A stretch of DNA of 64,000 nucleotides from Candidatus Thorarchaeota archaeon. Its GTDB lineage: Archaea; Asgardarchaeota; Thorarchaeia; Thorarchaeales; Thorarchaeaceae. The stretch is taken from assembly GCA_048882045.1 (NCBI GenBank), contig JBHLRZ010000002.1, forward strand, positions 64,001 through 128,000, written 5' to 3'. Below are positions 9,213 to 18,513 of the stretch, one piece after another. Each line of letters starts with the position of its first letter. Within the stretch, counting starts at the first letter, position 1. A model generated the notes under the pieces. It was not told the DNA's origin. It saw nothing but the letters and a program-made list of their open reading frames with translations, and made no database searches. The position numbers and the translations under genes were made by a program.

Positions 9213-10420
9213 AAGATAATTTGCCTTGGGTTGAAAAATATCGACCAAAACATCTCAGTGACGTGGTTGGAAATTCAGAATCAGTCAAGGCATTGAATAA
9301 TTGGATAGAATCTTGGGCATCAGGAATATCAAATAAGAGAGCTGCTCTTCTCATTGGTCCTCCAGGTACAGGAAAAACTGCATCGGTGGGTGCCATTTCA
9401 AATGATCTTGACATGGAATTGGTCGAATTCAATTCCAGTGACAAAAGGAACAAGGATAGTATTGAAACTCTTGTTTGGCGAGCTGCTTCACAGATGACTC
9501 TGGATGGCCGAAACAGACTCATACTCTTGGATGAGGTCGACGGTCTTTCAGGTACTAGTGATAGAGGAGGAGTTGGAGCAATCCTGAAGGTAATCAAGGA
9601 TGCCGTACACCCGATTGTCATGACTGCAAACGATCCAGAGAGCCCAAGAATCAAAGACCTATTCAAAGTGTGTCAGGTATTCAACTTTGGTTTCATTGAT
9701 AATGACGACATGATGTTAGTCCTGAAACGGGTTTTGTCAGAGAACAAGGAAACTCTGGATACCGACATTCTTGAGGACATCATTGAGAATGCGGGAGGAG
9801 ACCTCCGAGCTGCAATTTCGGACTTGGAGTCACAAGTTCGGGGTGGTTCAACATCTCTGGTCAATATGTCTTCTAGGGACATCAGACGGGGTACAGAAGA
9901 AACCCTGAGACATCTTTTCGCATCAAATGACCCAAAGATGGCTAGGAGGATATTATCGGAATCAGAGCTCACTCACGACTCCTTGATTCTTTGGCTGGAA
10001 GAGAATCTACATCTCCATTTACTTTCGTCTGAAGAGCTAAATGAGGGGTTGGAAGGTCTATCTCTTGCAGATGTATCACTTGGTAGAATAATGAGAAACC
10101 AGAATTGGAAGCTTCTAGCATACTTCTATGAATTTTTAGCTACTGGAGTTGCAATGAGTAGGAAAGTAACACCTTTCCGGAGGGTTGAATATTCACAGCC
10201 TACTTGGCCAATGCTTGTTTGGCAGGGCAATAGAAAACGAGACAAACAGGTTTCTATTGGAAACGCACTTGGACCTTATGCAGGGGTATCGAAAAGACGT
10301 ATTCGCCAAACCCATCTTGATACAATTCAACAGATAATTAGAATCAATCCTCAATCTCTGAATCAGTTTGTTTCTTGGTTGAAGGTTGAGAAGTCATTAT
10401 TGGTTCAGAGAAAAAAGTGA
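9209..10420 (+). CDS. rfcL: Replication factor C large subunit
   Basis: PWVEKYRP, GPPGTGKT, LDEVDG, GDLRAAI; coupled to rfcS. Confidence 0.95.
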   Translation: MKDNLPWVEKYRPKHLSDVVGNSESVKALNNWIESWASGISNKRAALLIGPPGTGKTASVGAISNDLDMELVEFNSSDKRNKDSIETLVWRAASQMTLDGRNRLILLDEVDGLSGTSDRGGVGAILKVIKDAVHPIVMTANDPESPRIKDLFKVCQVFNFGFIDNDDMMLVLKRVLSENKETLDTDILEDIIENAGGDLRAAISDLESQVRGGSTSLVNMSSRDIRRGTEETLRHLFASNDPKMARRILSESELTHDSLILWLEENLHLHLLSSEELNEGLEGLSLADVSLGRIMRNQNWKLLAYFYEFLATGVAMSRKVTPFRRVEYSQPTWPMLVWQGNRKRDKQVSIGNALGPYAGVSKRRIRQTHLDTIQQIIRINPQSLNQFVSWLKVEKSLLVQRKK

Positions 10421-11213
10421 TGACATTTTCCAGCGTCCTCATTGACCGATCATAGTAATCAAATCTTTCTTTTAGAATAACTATAATCTTACGAATTGCA
10501 TATCTACTCGTACGAAACTTCAGAGGAACTATCGATTCAACCAAGACCAGATTCTCAGGAGGAGCAGGTCTTATTCCGCTTGGTATCGTCGCTCTTCCTG
10601 TGAGAATGCTCTCAATCTCATCAGATCCGATTTCCCCAGATCCAACATCTAATAATAGAGTGATGATTTTACGAACTAATTTCCACAGAAATCGGGTTCC
10701 GAATATATCAAGCCAAAATCCATTCTCACTCTGTTGGAGGGACATGTTGAGAATTGTAGTTGTAGTGTTCCGACCGTCGTCTGGCTTGGAAAGATGATTG
10801 AAGTCATTTGAGCCAATCAATAAGTTGATAGCGTCCTTAACTGCACTGAGATTTAGTGCTTCCCAAGAATTTGGAAGATAGTATCGATAATGACGCATTA
10901 GCACACTGTAACGTGGTTTGAAATCAATAGGCGCCTCTACAGAGGCCCACAATTTGATATCTTCTGGGAGGTGTTTATTGATTTTGTCAACATCGATTTC
11001 TTCGCTCGTACGCACCATCACTAACTGACCTATACTATGAACACCTCTGTCGGTTCTTCCTGAAAGTCGAATTGTTTGAGGAGTATGTGTTTCTTTGCTC
11101 CAATTAGATATTGCATCAATCAGTTTTCCTTGGACAGTATCCATCCCAGGTTGGTACTGGGAACCGTGGTATCTGTCACCAAGATAGAACAGACGTGCTA
11201 GATACTCAGTCAT
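10344..11213 (-). CDS. truA: tRNA pseudouridine synthase TruA
   Basis: GRTDRGVHS catalytic motif, RHYRY, FLWKLVR. Confidence 0.93.
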   Translation of the reverse strand: MTEYLARLFYLGDRYHGSQYQPGMDTVQGKLIDAISNWSKETHTPQTIRLSGRTDRGVHSIGQLVMVRTSEEIDVDKINKHLPEDIKLWASVEAPIDFKPRYSVLMRHYRYYLPNSWEALNLSAVKDAINLLIGSNDFNHLSKPDDGRNTTTTILNMSLQQSENGFWLDIFGTRFLWKLVRKIITLLLDVGSGEIGSDEIESILTGRATIPSGIRPAPPENLVLVESIVPLKFRTSRYAIRKIIVILKERFDYYDRSMRTLENVITFFSEPIMTSQPSTKKQTDSEIED

Positions 11214-11214
11214 A

Positions 11215-11517
11215 TCATGACTCCCATAGATTGAACAGGCTTTTCAGCGACCGTGCTCTTAAGTCCTCAATCCTGTACCGATAAATCTTGATTCTCGCAC
11301 CTCTGTATGTCTTCTCTTCAACTAGACCCGATTTAATCAATACCCTAAGATGTGATTTCGTTGAACTGTGATTGAGATCCACCTCTCTACATAGCTCAGA
11401 GATTGGTAGCTCATTATGCTTGGCTTTGGCTAATGCCTTGAGTATTTTGATTCGTCCACGTGATGAGAATATATCCTCTATTGGAACAGTTTCAGGATTC
11501 ATTTTGTTTTCACACAA
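11215..11517 (-). CDS. ArsR-like winged-helix protein downstream of cdc6
   Basis: IFSSRGRIKIL...ISELCREVDLNHSSTKSHLRVLIKSGLV. Confidence 0.75.
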   Translation of the reverse strand: MCENKMNPETVPIEDIFSSRGRIKILKALAKAKHNELPISELCREVDLNHSSTKSHLRVLIKSGLVEEKTYRGARIKIYRYRIEDLRARSLKSLFNLWES

Positions 11518-12721
11518 CCTTCTTTGTTGAATCGAGCAGACCAGATAGGAACTGTTCTAACATTTCTGCGGGAACTTCTGAAAAACCAATGAGAGTTGTC
11601 TGACCTCTCTGACCCATACCAGATTTTTTAGCATCGATTATTCCGTGAGCATTGAGATCTTGCACCCACTCCCAAATCTGAGTATGAGCCCTTGGTTCTT
11701 CGGAGTATTCTTCACACACAGACCGATACATTTCCTCGACTTCACCTATTGTGATATAGGCACTACGAATTTCTCTGAGTTGTCTTGCTGCAGCTAAGAG
11801 AAACAGCTTGTGTTGGATGGGCAAAGTAGCAAAGATCTCTTTTCTCAATTCAGGATGAGTATCAGTCTTGGCACGTCTTGCATAATCTGGAATTATTATA
11901 TTCTTCTGGTCGCGATCTGCACTTTTTCCAGCTCTCCATAGGAGCTCGATAGCATATCTTGCATCTCCGTGTTCTGAGGCAATGTCACATATGACTTGAA
12001 TTGTTTCATCCATTACCGCATTTTTCACGAATGCCATCTCAACACGGTCTTGTAGAATATCATGAAGCGCTTCTCGATTGTATCTAGTGAATCGTAGAAT
12101 GTTTCGTTGAAGTGTACTGAGTGTGCTTGCGTCAAGAATTTCGTCATCCAGTGGGATCTTTCGACCGATTCCAATGATAGATAGCCGTTGGGTTGCATTC
12201 AGCCGGTCGTCCATGATTCGGGTCAAATCATAGAGAATATCTGCACCTCTCTGTCTGATGAAATAGTCTAGCTCATCTAGAATCAGAAGAAGATATCTGT
12301 CCTCCTCATCGAGAACTTCAATCAACATCTGAAGCAACTCGTCAGGAGAATGTCCACGTCTTGGAAACTTTGGTTTGAACTCCCTCAACGCTCGAAGAAA
12401 AACAAGATAGGCGGTCTTATTGACTCGACAATTGATATGTATACTGTGAAGTCTGATGTTACGTCGCTTGGCCGCTTGAATCATCTGTTCAGAGAAACGC
12501 TTTGCTACCGCGGTCTTCCCGGTACCCACTGGTCCTTCAATAATGAACTTATGACTTGTGCGACCTGGTGAACTAATTAGCGTCTTGAAGCTTTGAACTA
12601 GAGTTCGAATCTCAGTCTGTCTATGTGGAAGACTTTCTGGAACATAGTCTATAGATAGGAACTGTTCTGATTTGAAAACACTACTTTTACTGAGCTCATC
12701 CTCGATATAGTCGTGTGACAT
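11510..12721 (-). CDS. cdc6: Orc1/Cdc6 initiator
   Basis: DYVPESLPHR, GPVGTGKT, LDELD, GDARYAI, C-terminal wH. Confidence 0.96.
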   Translation of the reverse strand: MSHDYIEDELSKSSVFKSEQFLSIDYVPESLPHRQTEIRTLVQSFKTLISSPGRTSHKFIIEGPVGTGKTAVAKRFSEQMIQAAKRRNIRLHSIHINCRVNKTAYLVFLRALREFKPKFPRRGHSPDELLQMLIEVLDEEDRYLLLILDELDYFIRQRGADILYDLTRIMDDRLNATQRLSIIGIGRKIPLDDEILDASTLSTLQRNILRFTRYNREALHDILQDRVEMAFVKNAVMDETIQVICDIASEHGDARYAIELLWRAGKSADRDQKNIIIPDYARRAKTDTHPELRKEIFATLPIQHKLFLLAAARQLREIRSAYITIGEVEEMYRSVCEEYSEEPRAHTQIWEWVQDLNAHGIIDAKKSGMGQRGQTTLIGFSEVPAEMLEQFLSGLLDSTKKVV

Positions 12722-13028
12722 AACACTCAGAAATCAGCTCTGATTATGCACCTTAAAAGGATTTGCGGATTGTACGATTAAAAGAACAATCACAGTGGAG
12801 GTTACCGAAAGTATTGGCGAGCTCCTAACTCAAGATCCATATCATCGTCATTTCTGACTCATTGGGGTCATAGCAATCATCACTCGCCAACCCAATAGTT
12901 GTCTTTCCTCCCTTAAAGTTGACGACAAACAGTAGACAAACCATTTATACGACTAAAGGTGACTCCAACCGCAGTTCTGGAATGTTTGACATTCAATTGA
13001 TATAGGACAATATCTGAGGCTAGAGGTC

Positions 13029-14717
13029 TTGAGTTCAAATCAAAATAAGACAAAGTTCGTATTCATAACTGGTGGTGTCCTATCAGGCATAGGCAAGGGT
13101 GTAACAACAGCCTCAATTGCAAAGTTGTTCCAATTCCGTGGGTATGATATTCGAATAATCAAAATTGATCCCTACCTCAACATCGACCCAGGCACACTGA
13201 ATCCCATTGAACACGGAGAAGTCTTTGTGACAGATCAGACTTGGACATTCAGACCAGTCAGCGATTTCGAATTCAAAATCTCTGAAATTGACCTGGACTT
13301 CGGAACCTATGAGCGTTTTACAGGAATGGAAGTGCATCCATCTCAGAACATCACATCGGGACAAATCTACATATCTGTCATTCTAGAAGAGCGAAAGGGA
13401 GGTTTTCTTGGTCGGACTGTGCAGATAATTCCACATGTTACAGAACGCATTAAACAGAGGATATGGGAAGTTGTTGAAAAAGAACCAGTACCAGATGTCT
13501 TATTGGTCGAAATTGGCGGTACTGTTGGTGATATCGAAGCAAGTCCATTTCTTGAAGCTGTGAGGCAATTTGTCAGTGAACTAGGTCCTAAAAACACAGC
13601 AGTGGTTCATGTGACCCTCGTACCTTACATGAAGTCAGTAGGAGAGTTCAAAACCAAACCAACTCAGCATAGTGTTAGAACTCTTCAAAGTCTGGGGCTC
13701 CAACCTAATGTCATGATATGTAGAGCTGAGCAACCTCTTCCCGATTCAGCAAAAGAGAAGATTGCCCTGTTCTGTAATGTCCCCAGGGATCGGGTCATTT
13801 CGAATCCAGATATTCCTGTTATCTACCAGCTTCCACTGTCATTCGAAGATGAAGGATTAGGTACCACACTCATAGATCACTTTAGACTTGAACAGAGAGA
13901 GCCCAAGACCGAAACTTGGAAAAAGATGGTAAAATCGTTCGAGAACCTTTCTGAAAAAGTAGTTATTGCGATGCCAGGCAAATACACAACACTCGGTGAC
14001 TCTTACAAGAGTATCAACCAAGCACTGTCACATGCTTCTGCAGCGTGCGGTGCTCAGATCGAAATCAAATGGATTGAAACCGAGGAGAGGGCGACCGAAG
14101 AGTGTCTTACTGAGGACTTGTCTGGCGTGGATGGTGTTCTCCTCACACCAGGATTTGGAGAACGTGGTGTTGAAGGAATGATCTGTGCAGCCACTGTCAC
14201 ACTAGAATCCAAAATACCACTTCTGGGAATCTGCTATGGAGCTCAACTCTCCACAGTTGCATTTGCTCGTAACGTAATGGGCTGGAAAGGAGCACACACT
14301 ACCGAGGTGGATGTTGATAGTCTGTATCCTGTCGTGGATCTCATGGATGAACAGAAGCTCATGGAGGACAAGGGTGGTACTATGCGGCTCGGAGGTCATG
14401 ATGTAGTCATCGTCAAAGGCACTCGACTCCACGAAATATACAAGAAAGATATCGTTCATGAGAGGTTTCGCCATCGGTTCCATCTGATAGACCGATATCT
14501 AAACAAGATGGACGAGAAAGGTCTGAGAGTTTCAGCTCATGACTCAACTGGACACATCATCAATGCAATCGAACATGTAGATCATCCATTCTGGATAGGA
14601 GTTCAGTATCATCCTGAATTCAAATCAAGACCGGATGAGCCACATCCACTTTACTTGGGGCTAATAAGGGCAGCACTGGAATATAAGAAAGTGAGAGGGA
14701 AGACTAGTGGAACGTAA
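13029..14717 (+). CDS. pyrG: CTP synthase
   Basis: TGGVLSGIGKG, KTKPTQHSV, GICYG, QYHPEF. Confidence 0.98.
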   Translation: MSSNQNKTKFVFITGGVLSGIGKGVTTASIAKLFQFRGYDIRIIKIDPYLNIDPGTLNPIEHGEVFVTDQTWTFRPVSDFEFKISEIDLDFGTYERFTGMEVHPSQNITSGQIYISVILEERKGGFLGRTVQIIPHVTERIKQRIWEVVEKEPVPDVLLVEIGGTVGDIEASPFLEAVRQFVSELGPKNTAVVHVTLVPYMKSVGEFKTKPTQHSVRTLQSLGLQPNVMICRAEQPLPDSAKEKIALFCNVPRDRVISNPDIPVIYQLPLSFEDEGLGTTLIDHFRLEQREPKTETWKKMVKSFENLSEKVVIAMPGKYTTLGDSYKSINQALSHASAACGAQIEIKWIETEERATEECLTEDLSGVDGVLLTPGFGERGVEGMICAATVTLESKIPLLGICYGAQLSTVAFARNVMGWKGAHTTEVDVDSLYPVVDLMDEQKLMEDKGGTMRLGGHDVVIVKGTRLHEIYKKDIVHERFRHRFHLIDRYLNKMDEKGLRVSAHDSTGHIINAIEHVDHPFWIGVQYHPEFKSRPDEPHPLYLGLIRAALEYKKVRGKTSGT

Positions 14718-15873
14718 CCTCGATAAGATGTTGTCCAAGCTTGTTGAGGAAATCGAACATATTGAAGTCACAAGAAACCGATTTGGTGAGGTACTTCGAG
14801 AAGTCAAGAAGAAGATAGATCTTAGCAAATTCCCAGCTGTAGCATCCAACATACTTGACACTCAGCTTACTACGAAAATCGAACCTACAACTCTATCTGG
14901 ACTCAAAATTGTTGGTGTTGACGGGGGACTTGTCCGAAGACGTTTCAGATCCATGGACCTTGTATTGACGAGAGGGATTGCAGTCATATTCCATTTTGGT
15001 CCTGAAGAAGGTCCTGTTGTCGATTTCTTTCCTGATGCCTTTCCTGAGCCAAAAATCAGACCACTGATGCTTACATTATCAGGGAATGAGCTGGAACAAC
15101 TAGCATCGCTCGAGCGGATTGCAGCTGAACTTCGAGTAACACTATCAGTTCTGGATGAGTTCAGACCGTATCTCATTTTGATTGATGGGTCTCTAATTTA
15201 CCATCCACGAGACCGTCCACAAAGCGGATCTATAGTTTATGAGAAGTTTCAAGAGGTTCTCGCACTCTATAAGCAACTCTACAACAAAGCGAGGAAAAAA
15301 CAGACCATTCTTGTCGGGATAGTCAAGGATAGTAGGTCCACTAGAGTAGCCACAACCATGGGAGAGATACTGCCACACATCATTCGAAGACCTGAAATCT
15401 TCGAGCTGATGCAAGGCGTAGACTACAGATGGTTGTTGAAGATATCAAGAGACTGTGATCTTCTGGACACCTTTCTTGAAGAACAAGAGAGATCTTTTGT
15501 ATTTCGATATTCATCAGAACTGCCTTTCAGTACAAATAGCATTGCAGACGATCTCTCAGTCTGGGCATCATCTATCTGGGTGACCTATCTTAAAACTGCG
15601 CGTGACGACTTACCACTACGAATTGAGTATCTTTCAGATAATGATGAGGACATAAATGTATCAAAACTCAATGCTGCCTTGTCCGCGATTCTCCCTCTCT
15701 CTTCACAACACCCAGAATATGGTATCCCAACACCCATCCTAGAAGCTGATGCCAGAGCTAAGATTACTACCAATGAAACAAGCTTGATCATCGACAGACT
15801 CATGGCATTATCTGGACTGACCTATATGTCTCTTGAAAAGAGAAGATCACGCAATCCCTTTGGAGGTGGTTAG
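14707..15873 (+). CDS. nurA: NurA 5'-3' nuclease
   Basis: GVDGG, LIDGSL, GIVKDS, YGIPTPILEAD; adjacent to herA. Confidence 0.88.
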   Translation: MERNLDKMLSKLVEEIEHIEVTRNRFGEVLREVKKKIDLSKFPAVASNILDTQLTTKIEPTTLSGLKIVGVDGGLVRRRFRSMDLVLTRGIAVIFHFGPEEGPVVDFFPDAFPEPKIRPLMLTLSGNELEQLASLERIAAELRVTLSVLDEFRPYLILIDGSLIYHPRDRPQSGSIVYEKFQEVLALYKQLYNKARKKQTILVGIVKDSRSTRVATTMGEILPHIIRRPEIFELMQGVDYRWLLKISRDCDLLDTFLEEQERSFVFRYSSELPFSTNSIADDLSVWASSIWVTYLKTARDDLPLRIEYLSDNDEDINVSKLNAALSAILPLSSQHPEYGIPTPILEADARAKITTNETSLIIDRLMALSGLTYMSLEKRRSRNPFGGG

Positions 15874-15876
15874 AGA

Positions 15877-17391
15877 ATGACTGAATTCCCTGCCAACATG
15901 CGCCTTGGTACAGTTGTTTCCACAGAATCTGGTCCTAATGTTATGGAGTTTGCATTCGTATTGGAAGGTGGACCACGAGAAATTATTGCCCGGCGTGGTG
16001 AGTTCATTTCAGTGACTGCTGACGCAGGAACTGTGATTGCAAGAGTCCAAGATTTAATCCGGACTAATCGTTATTATCAACACGCTGAGGCTGTGCGTGA
16101 ATATCAGTCTAGAGGTGAACCATTACGATCTATATTTCCAACTGATAGGTGGCAATATACCATTGCAAAGGCAAGAGTTCTAGGACTATGGTCAAATGGA
16201 AAAACAGTCCGTCCATATTTCGCTGTCTCACCAGGAGCCATAGTACGACGAGCTGACGAAGAAACCCTTGCTGCGTTCTTGAACATGGACTTGAAAGAGG
16301 GACTCCATCTTGGACATCTTGCATATCAAAACTTGCAATTTGTGCCAACAGTTGATCGTCTTCTATCGAAGCATCTTGCTATTCTAGCCATGAGTGGTGC
16401 TGGAAAATCATACTTTGTGTCTGTGCTACTCGAAGAACTTCTTGCCCGGACCAAAGAACAAGGGCGACTCTCAGTTGTCGTGGTTGATGTTCATGGTGAG
16501 TACACATACCTAAAGGACCTCAAGCCCAAAGATTTGGGCCTGTCTTCGCAGCATTTTGAGATCGAACACATTCGAGGATCACATTTTCAGATTCCGGTTC
16601 AGATGCTTTCCGCTGAGGCACTAGGTTCTCTTGTAGCTGATATGAGCGCAATCCAAATTCGCGACTTGCGGCGAGTCATTTCTGATGTTAAGGAAACAAT
16701 GAAAGAGGGATATACTCTGGCAGATCTTGTAGAGCATATTCGTGATGATGAGTCTATCAGTAAAAACACCCGCGAAGCACTTGCGGGTTGGTTGATCAAT
16801 CTTGATCAAACACTTCTCTTTGGCAAGACTGCTGTTCCCAGTATCACAAACATAGTCAGACCTGGAAAAATCACTCTGATAGATCTGAGTGACTTCATCA
16901 GTCTCAAGAAGAAGCAAATTGTGGTTTCATTCTTGGCTAGTGAACTCCTCTATTTACGAAGGCGTGAACAAATACCACCATTTCTCTTAGTTCTTGAAGA
17001 GGCCCATCAATTCTGTCCAGAGAGCCGTCATGAGCTAGCGTTGCCCAAGAGTCGCATTGAAACAATAGCGCGTGAGGGAAGAAAGTTCCATGCTCTTCTC
17101 TGTCTTATTTCACAGAGACCTGTGAAACTCTCTACTACAGTACTGAGTCAGTGTAGTAACCAAGCGATTCTCAGGTGTACCAATCCATATGATTTGGAGC
17201 ATATTGGTAGGTCGAGTGAAGGAATCGATCGATCCTCCCTCGACGCAATTACTACCCTAGAAATAGGTGAGGCTCTCTTTGTTGGTGAAACAGTATCAGT
17301 GCCAACATTCGTCAAAATTCGTCAGAGAAAGTATGAACCAAAATCTATCACCAAAGATTTGACTGATGCCATAATCAAAGCCGATAGATGA
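15877..17391 (+). CDS. herA: HerA helicase/translocase
   Basis: HAS barrel N-terminus, HLAILAMSGAGKS, DVHGEY, EEAHQF, AREGRKF, SQRP. Confidence 0.93.
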   Translation: MTEFPANMRLGTVVSTESGPNVMEFAFVLEGGPREIIARRGEFISVTADAGTVIARVQDLIRTNRYYQHAEAVREYQSRGEPLRSIFPTDRWQYTIAKARVLGLWSNGKTVRPYFAVSPGAIVRRADEETLAAFLNMDLKEGLHLGHLAYQNLQFVPTVDRLLSKHLAILAMSGAGKSYFVSVLLEELLARTKEQGRLSVVVVDVHGEYTYLKDLKPKDLGLSSQHFEIEHIRGSHFQIPVQMLSAEALGSLVADMSAIQIRDLRRVISDVKETMKEGYTLADLVEHIRDDESISKNTREALAGWLINLDQTLLFGKTAVPSITNIVRPGKITLIDLSDFISLKKKQIVVSFLASELLYLRRREQIPPFLLVLEEAHQFCPESRHELALPKSRIETIAREGRKFHALLCLISQRPVKLSTTVLSQCSNQAILRCTNPYDLEHIGRSSEGIDRSSLDAITTLEIGEALFVGETVSVPTFVKIRQRKYEPKSITKDLTDAIIKADR

Positions 17392-17472
17392 TATTGCCAC
17401 GAGTAAGCCTGATAAGATGTGAAATGAAGTTCAATTCAGAACTGAAACGTCGATGAAAAGGGGATTTCCACC

Positions 17473-18048
17473 ATGTCTGATGATGAATTGAATGATATAA
17501 GACAACTCATAGACTCTATGCAATCGGGTCTTGTTGAGCTCTTTGACCAGCTTCGTGACCTGAGGACTCGACTGAATCTAGTATCAGAAAATGCTTCTGA
17601 AACCGTTTCAACACCTGCTATTCTCCCCCTTTTTTCAGAAGTCAAAAGTTCATCTTCAGATACAGTAGAAGATGAAGTCCTTGAGGGTTCCGAATTACCC
17701 ACTGAAAAGGAAGAACCTGCGCCACCTGTTATTATTGATGAACCACCAATAGAGGTCGAAGAGTCTGATGCTGAGCAGTCGGCCAGTAGTGCAAGAGTGA
17801 ATCGAGTCCTCGATCCTATCTCACACGAACTTCGTACCGGTGAAGCTCCAGCAGATATCATCTATGAATATCTCCAATCTGCACGAGAATACCTCATCGA
17901 TGAAGCATCAGAGAAAGGGAAAGTAGCCAGAGATATGGATATAGTCCTGAATTTTCTCAAGGCTCGAGGAAAGAAGGCAATCCGTCCAGATGAACGAGAT
18001 AATATTCTAAAAAGAATCCGTCGCTGGAAAGCTCATCTTGTTGTGTAG
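17473..18048 (+). CDS. Hypothetical protein (coiled-coil N-terminus, acidic/Pro linker, helical C-terminal domain)
   Basis: Long ORF collinear with herA; genome-like composition. Confidence 0.7.
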   Translation: MSDDELNDIRQLIDSMQSGLVELFDQLRDLRTRLNLVSENASETVSTPAILPLFSEVKSSSSDTVEDEVLEGSELPTEKEEPAPPVIIDEPPIEVEESDAEQSASSARVNRVLDPISHELRTGEAPADIIYEYLQSAREYLIDEASEKGKVARDMDIVLNFLKARGKKAIRPDERDNILKRIRRWKAHLVV

Positions 18049-18077
18049 TCTAGCTCTCCAGCTGACTGAATTATCTT

Positions 18078-18368
18078 CTATTCCAAATCGATAATGACTC
18101 GCTTCACTTTGGTTTTTGATATCTTTTTGAGACCGTGCTGGCCTGGTTCATAGCGACATTCAAGCAAGCCTGCATCAAAAAGAATCTTGATTTGGGCGCT
18201 GGCGTTGGCCTCAGTTCCACCGAGGTGTCGTGCTACTCGTGTTACATCTTTCTCTCCTTGAAGCAGAAGTTTTAGAATCTTTAGCCGAGTTCCTGAAGAA
18301 AGAGCGCGTCCAATGCGTAGTACTGCGTCGTCATTGTTAATCTCTAGTATTTCGGACAATTGTTGCAC
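18078..18368 (-). CDS. ArsR-family transcriptional regulator
   Basis: ALSSGTRLKILKLL...VTRVARHLG...ASAQIKILFDAGLL. Confidence 0.85.
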   Translation of the reverse strand: MQQLSEILEINNDDAVLRIGRALSSGTRLKILKLLLQGEKDVTRVARHLGGTEANASAQIKILFDAGLLECRYEPGQHGLKKISKTKVKRVIIDLE

Positions 18369-18456
18369 CTTGAAGGAGTGTTACATGATTCCTCAAGTAG
18401 GGGTTTATTATACTTGTTGTTTGGGGATATTAAAAACCAGTAACTGTACAGCCTTA

Positions 18457-18480
18457 GACCTATGAACAAGTTCATAGGTC
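18457..18480. promoter_or_regulatory. Perfect 11-bp inverted repeat, probable operator between the divergent arsR and DUF460 genes
   Basis: GACCTATGAAC-AA-GTTCATAGGTC. Confidence 0.6.
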
Positions 18481-18513
18481 ATCTAGATTAATTACAACTG
18501 AGAGTTAAGACAG

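Noticed and set aside
8998-9666. 222-aa antisense ORF, plus similar shadow ORFs (41549-42154, 46817-47275, 51207-51737, 61346-61807)
   Set aside because: They lie opposite well-conserved genes and have no motifs
12722-13028. Firm oriC call
   Set aside because: No repeated canonical ORB or G-string visible; kept only as a low-confidence finding
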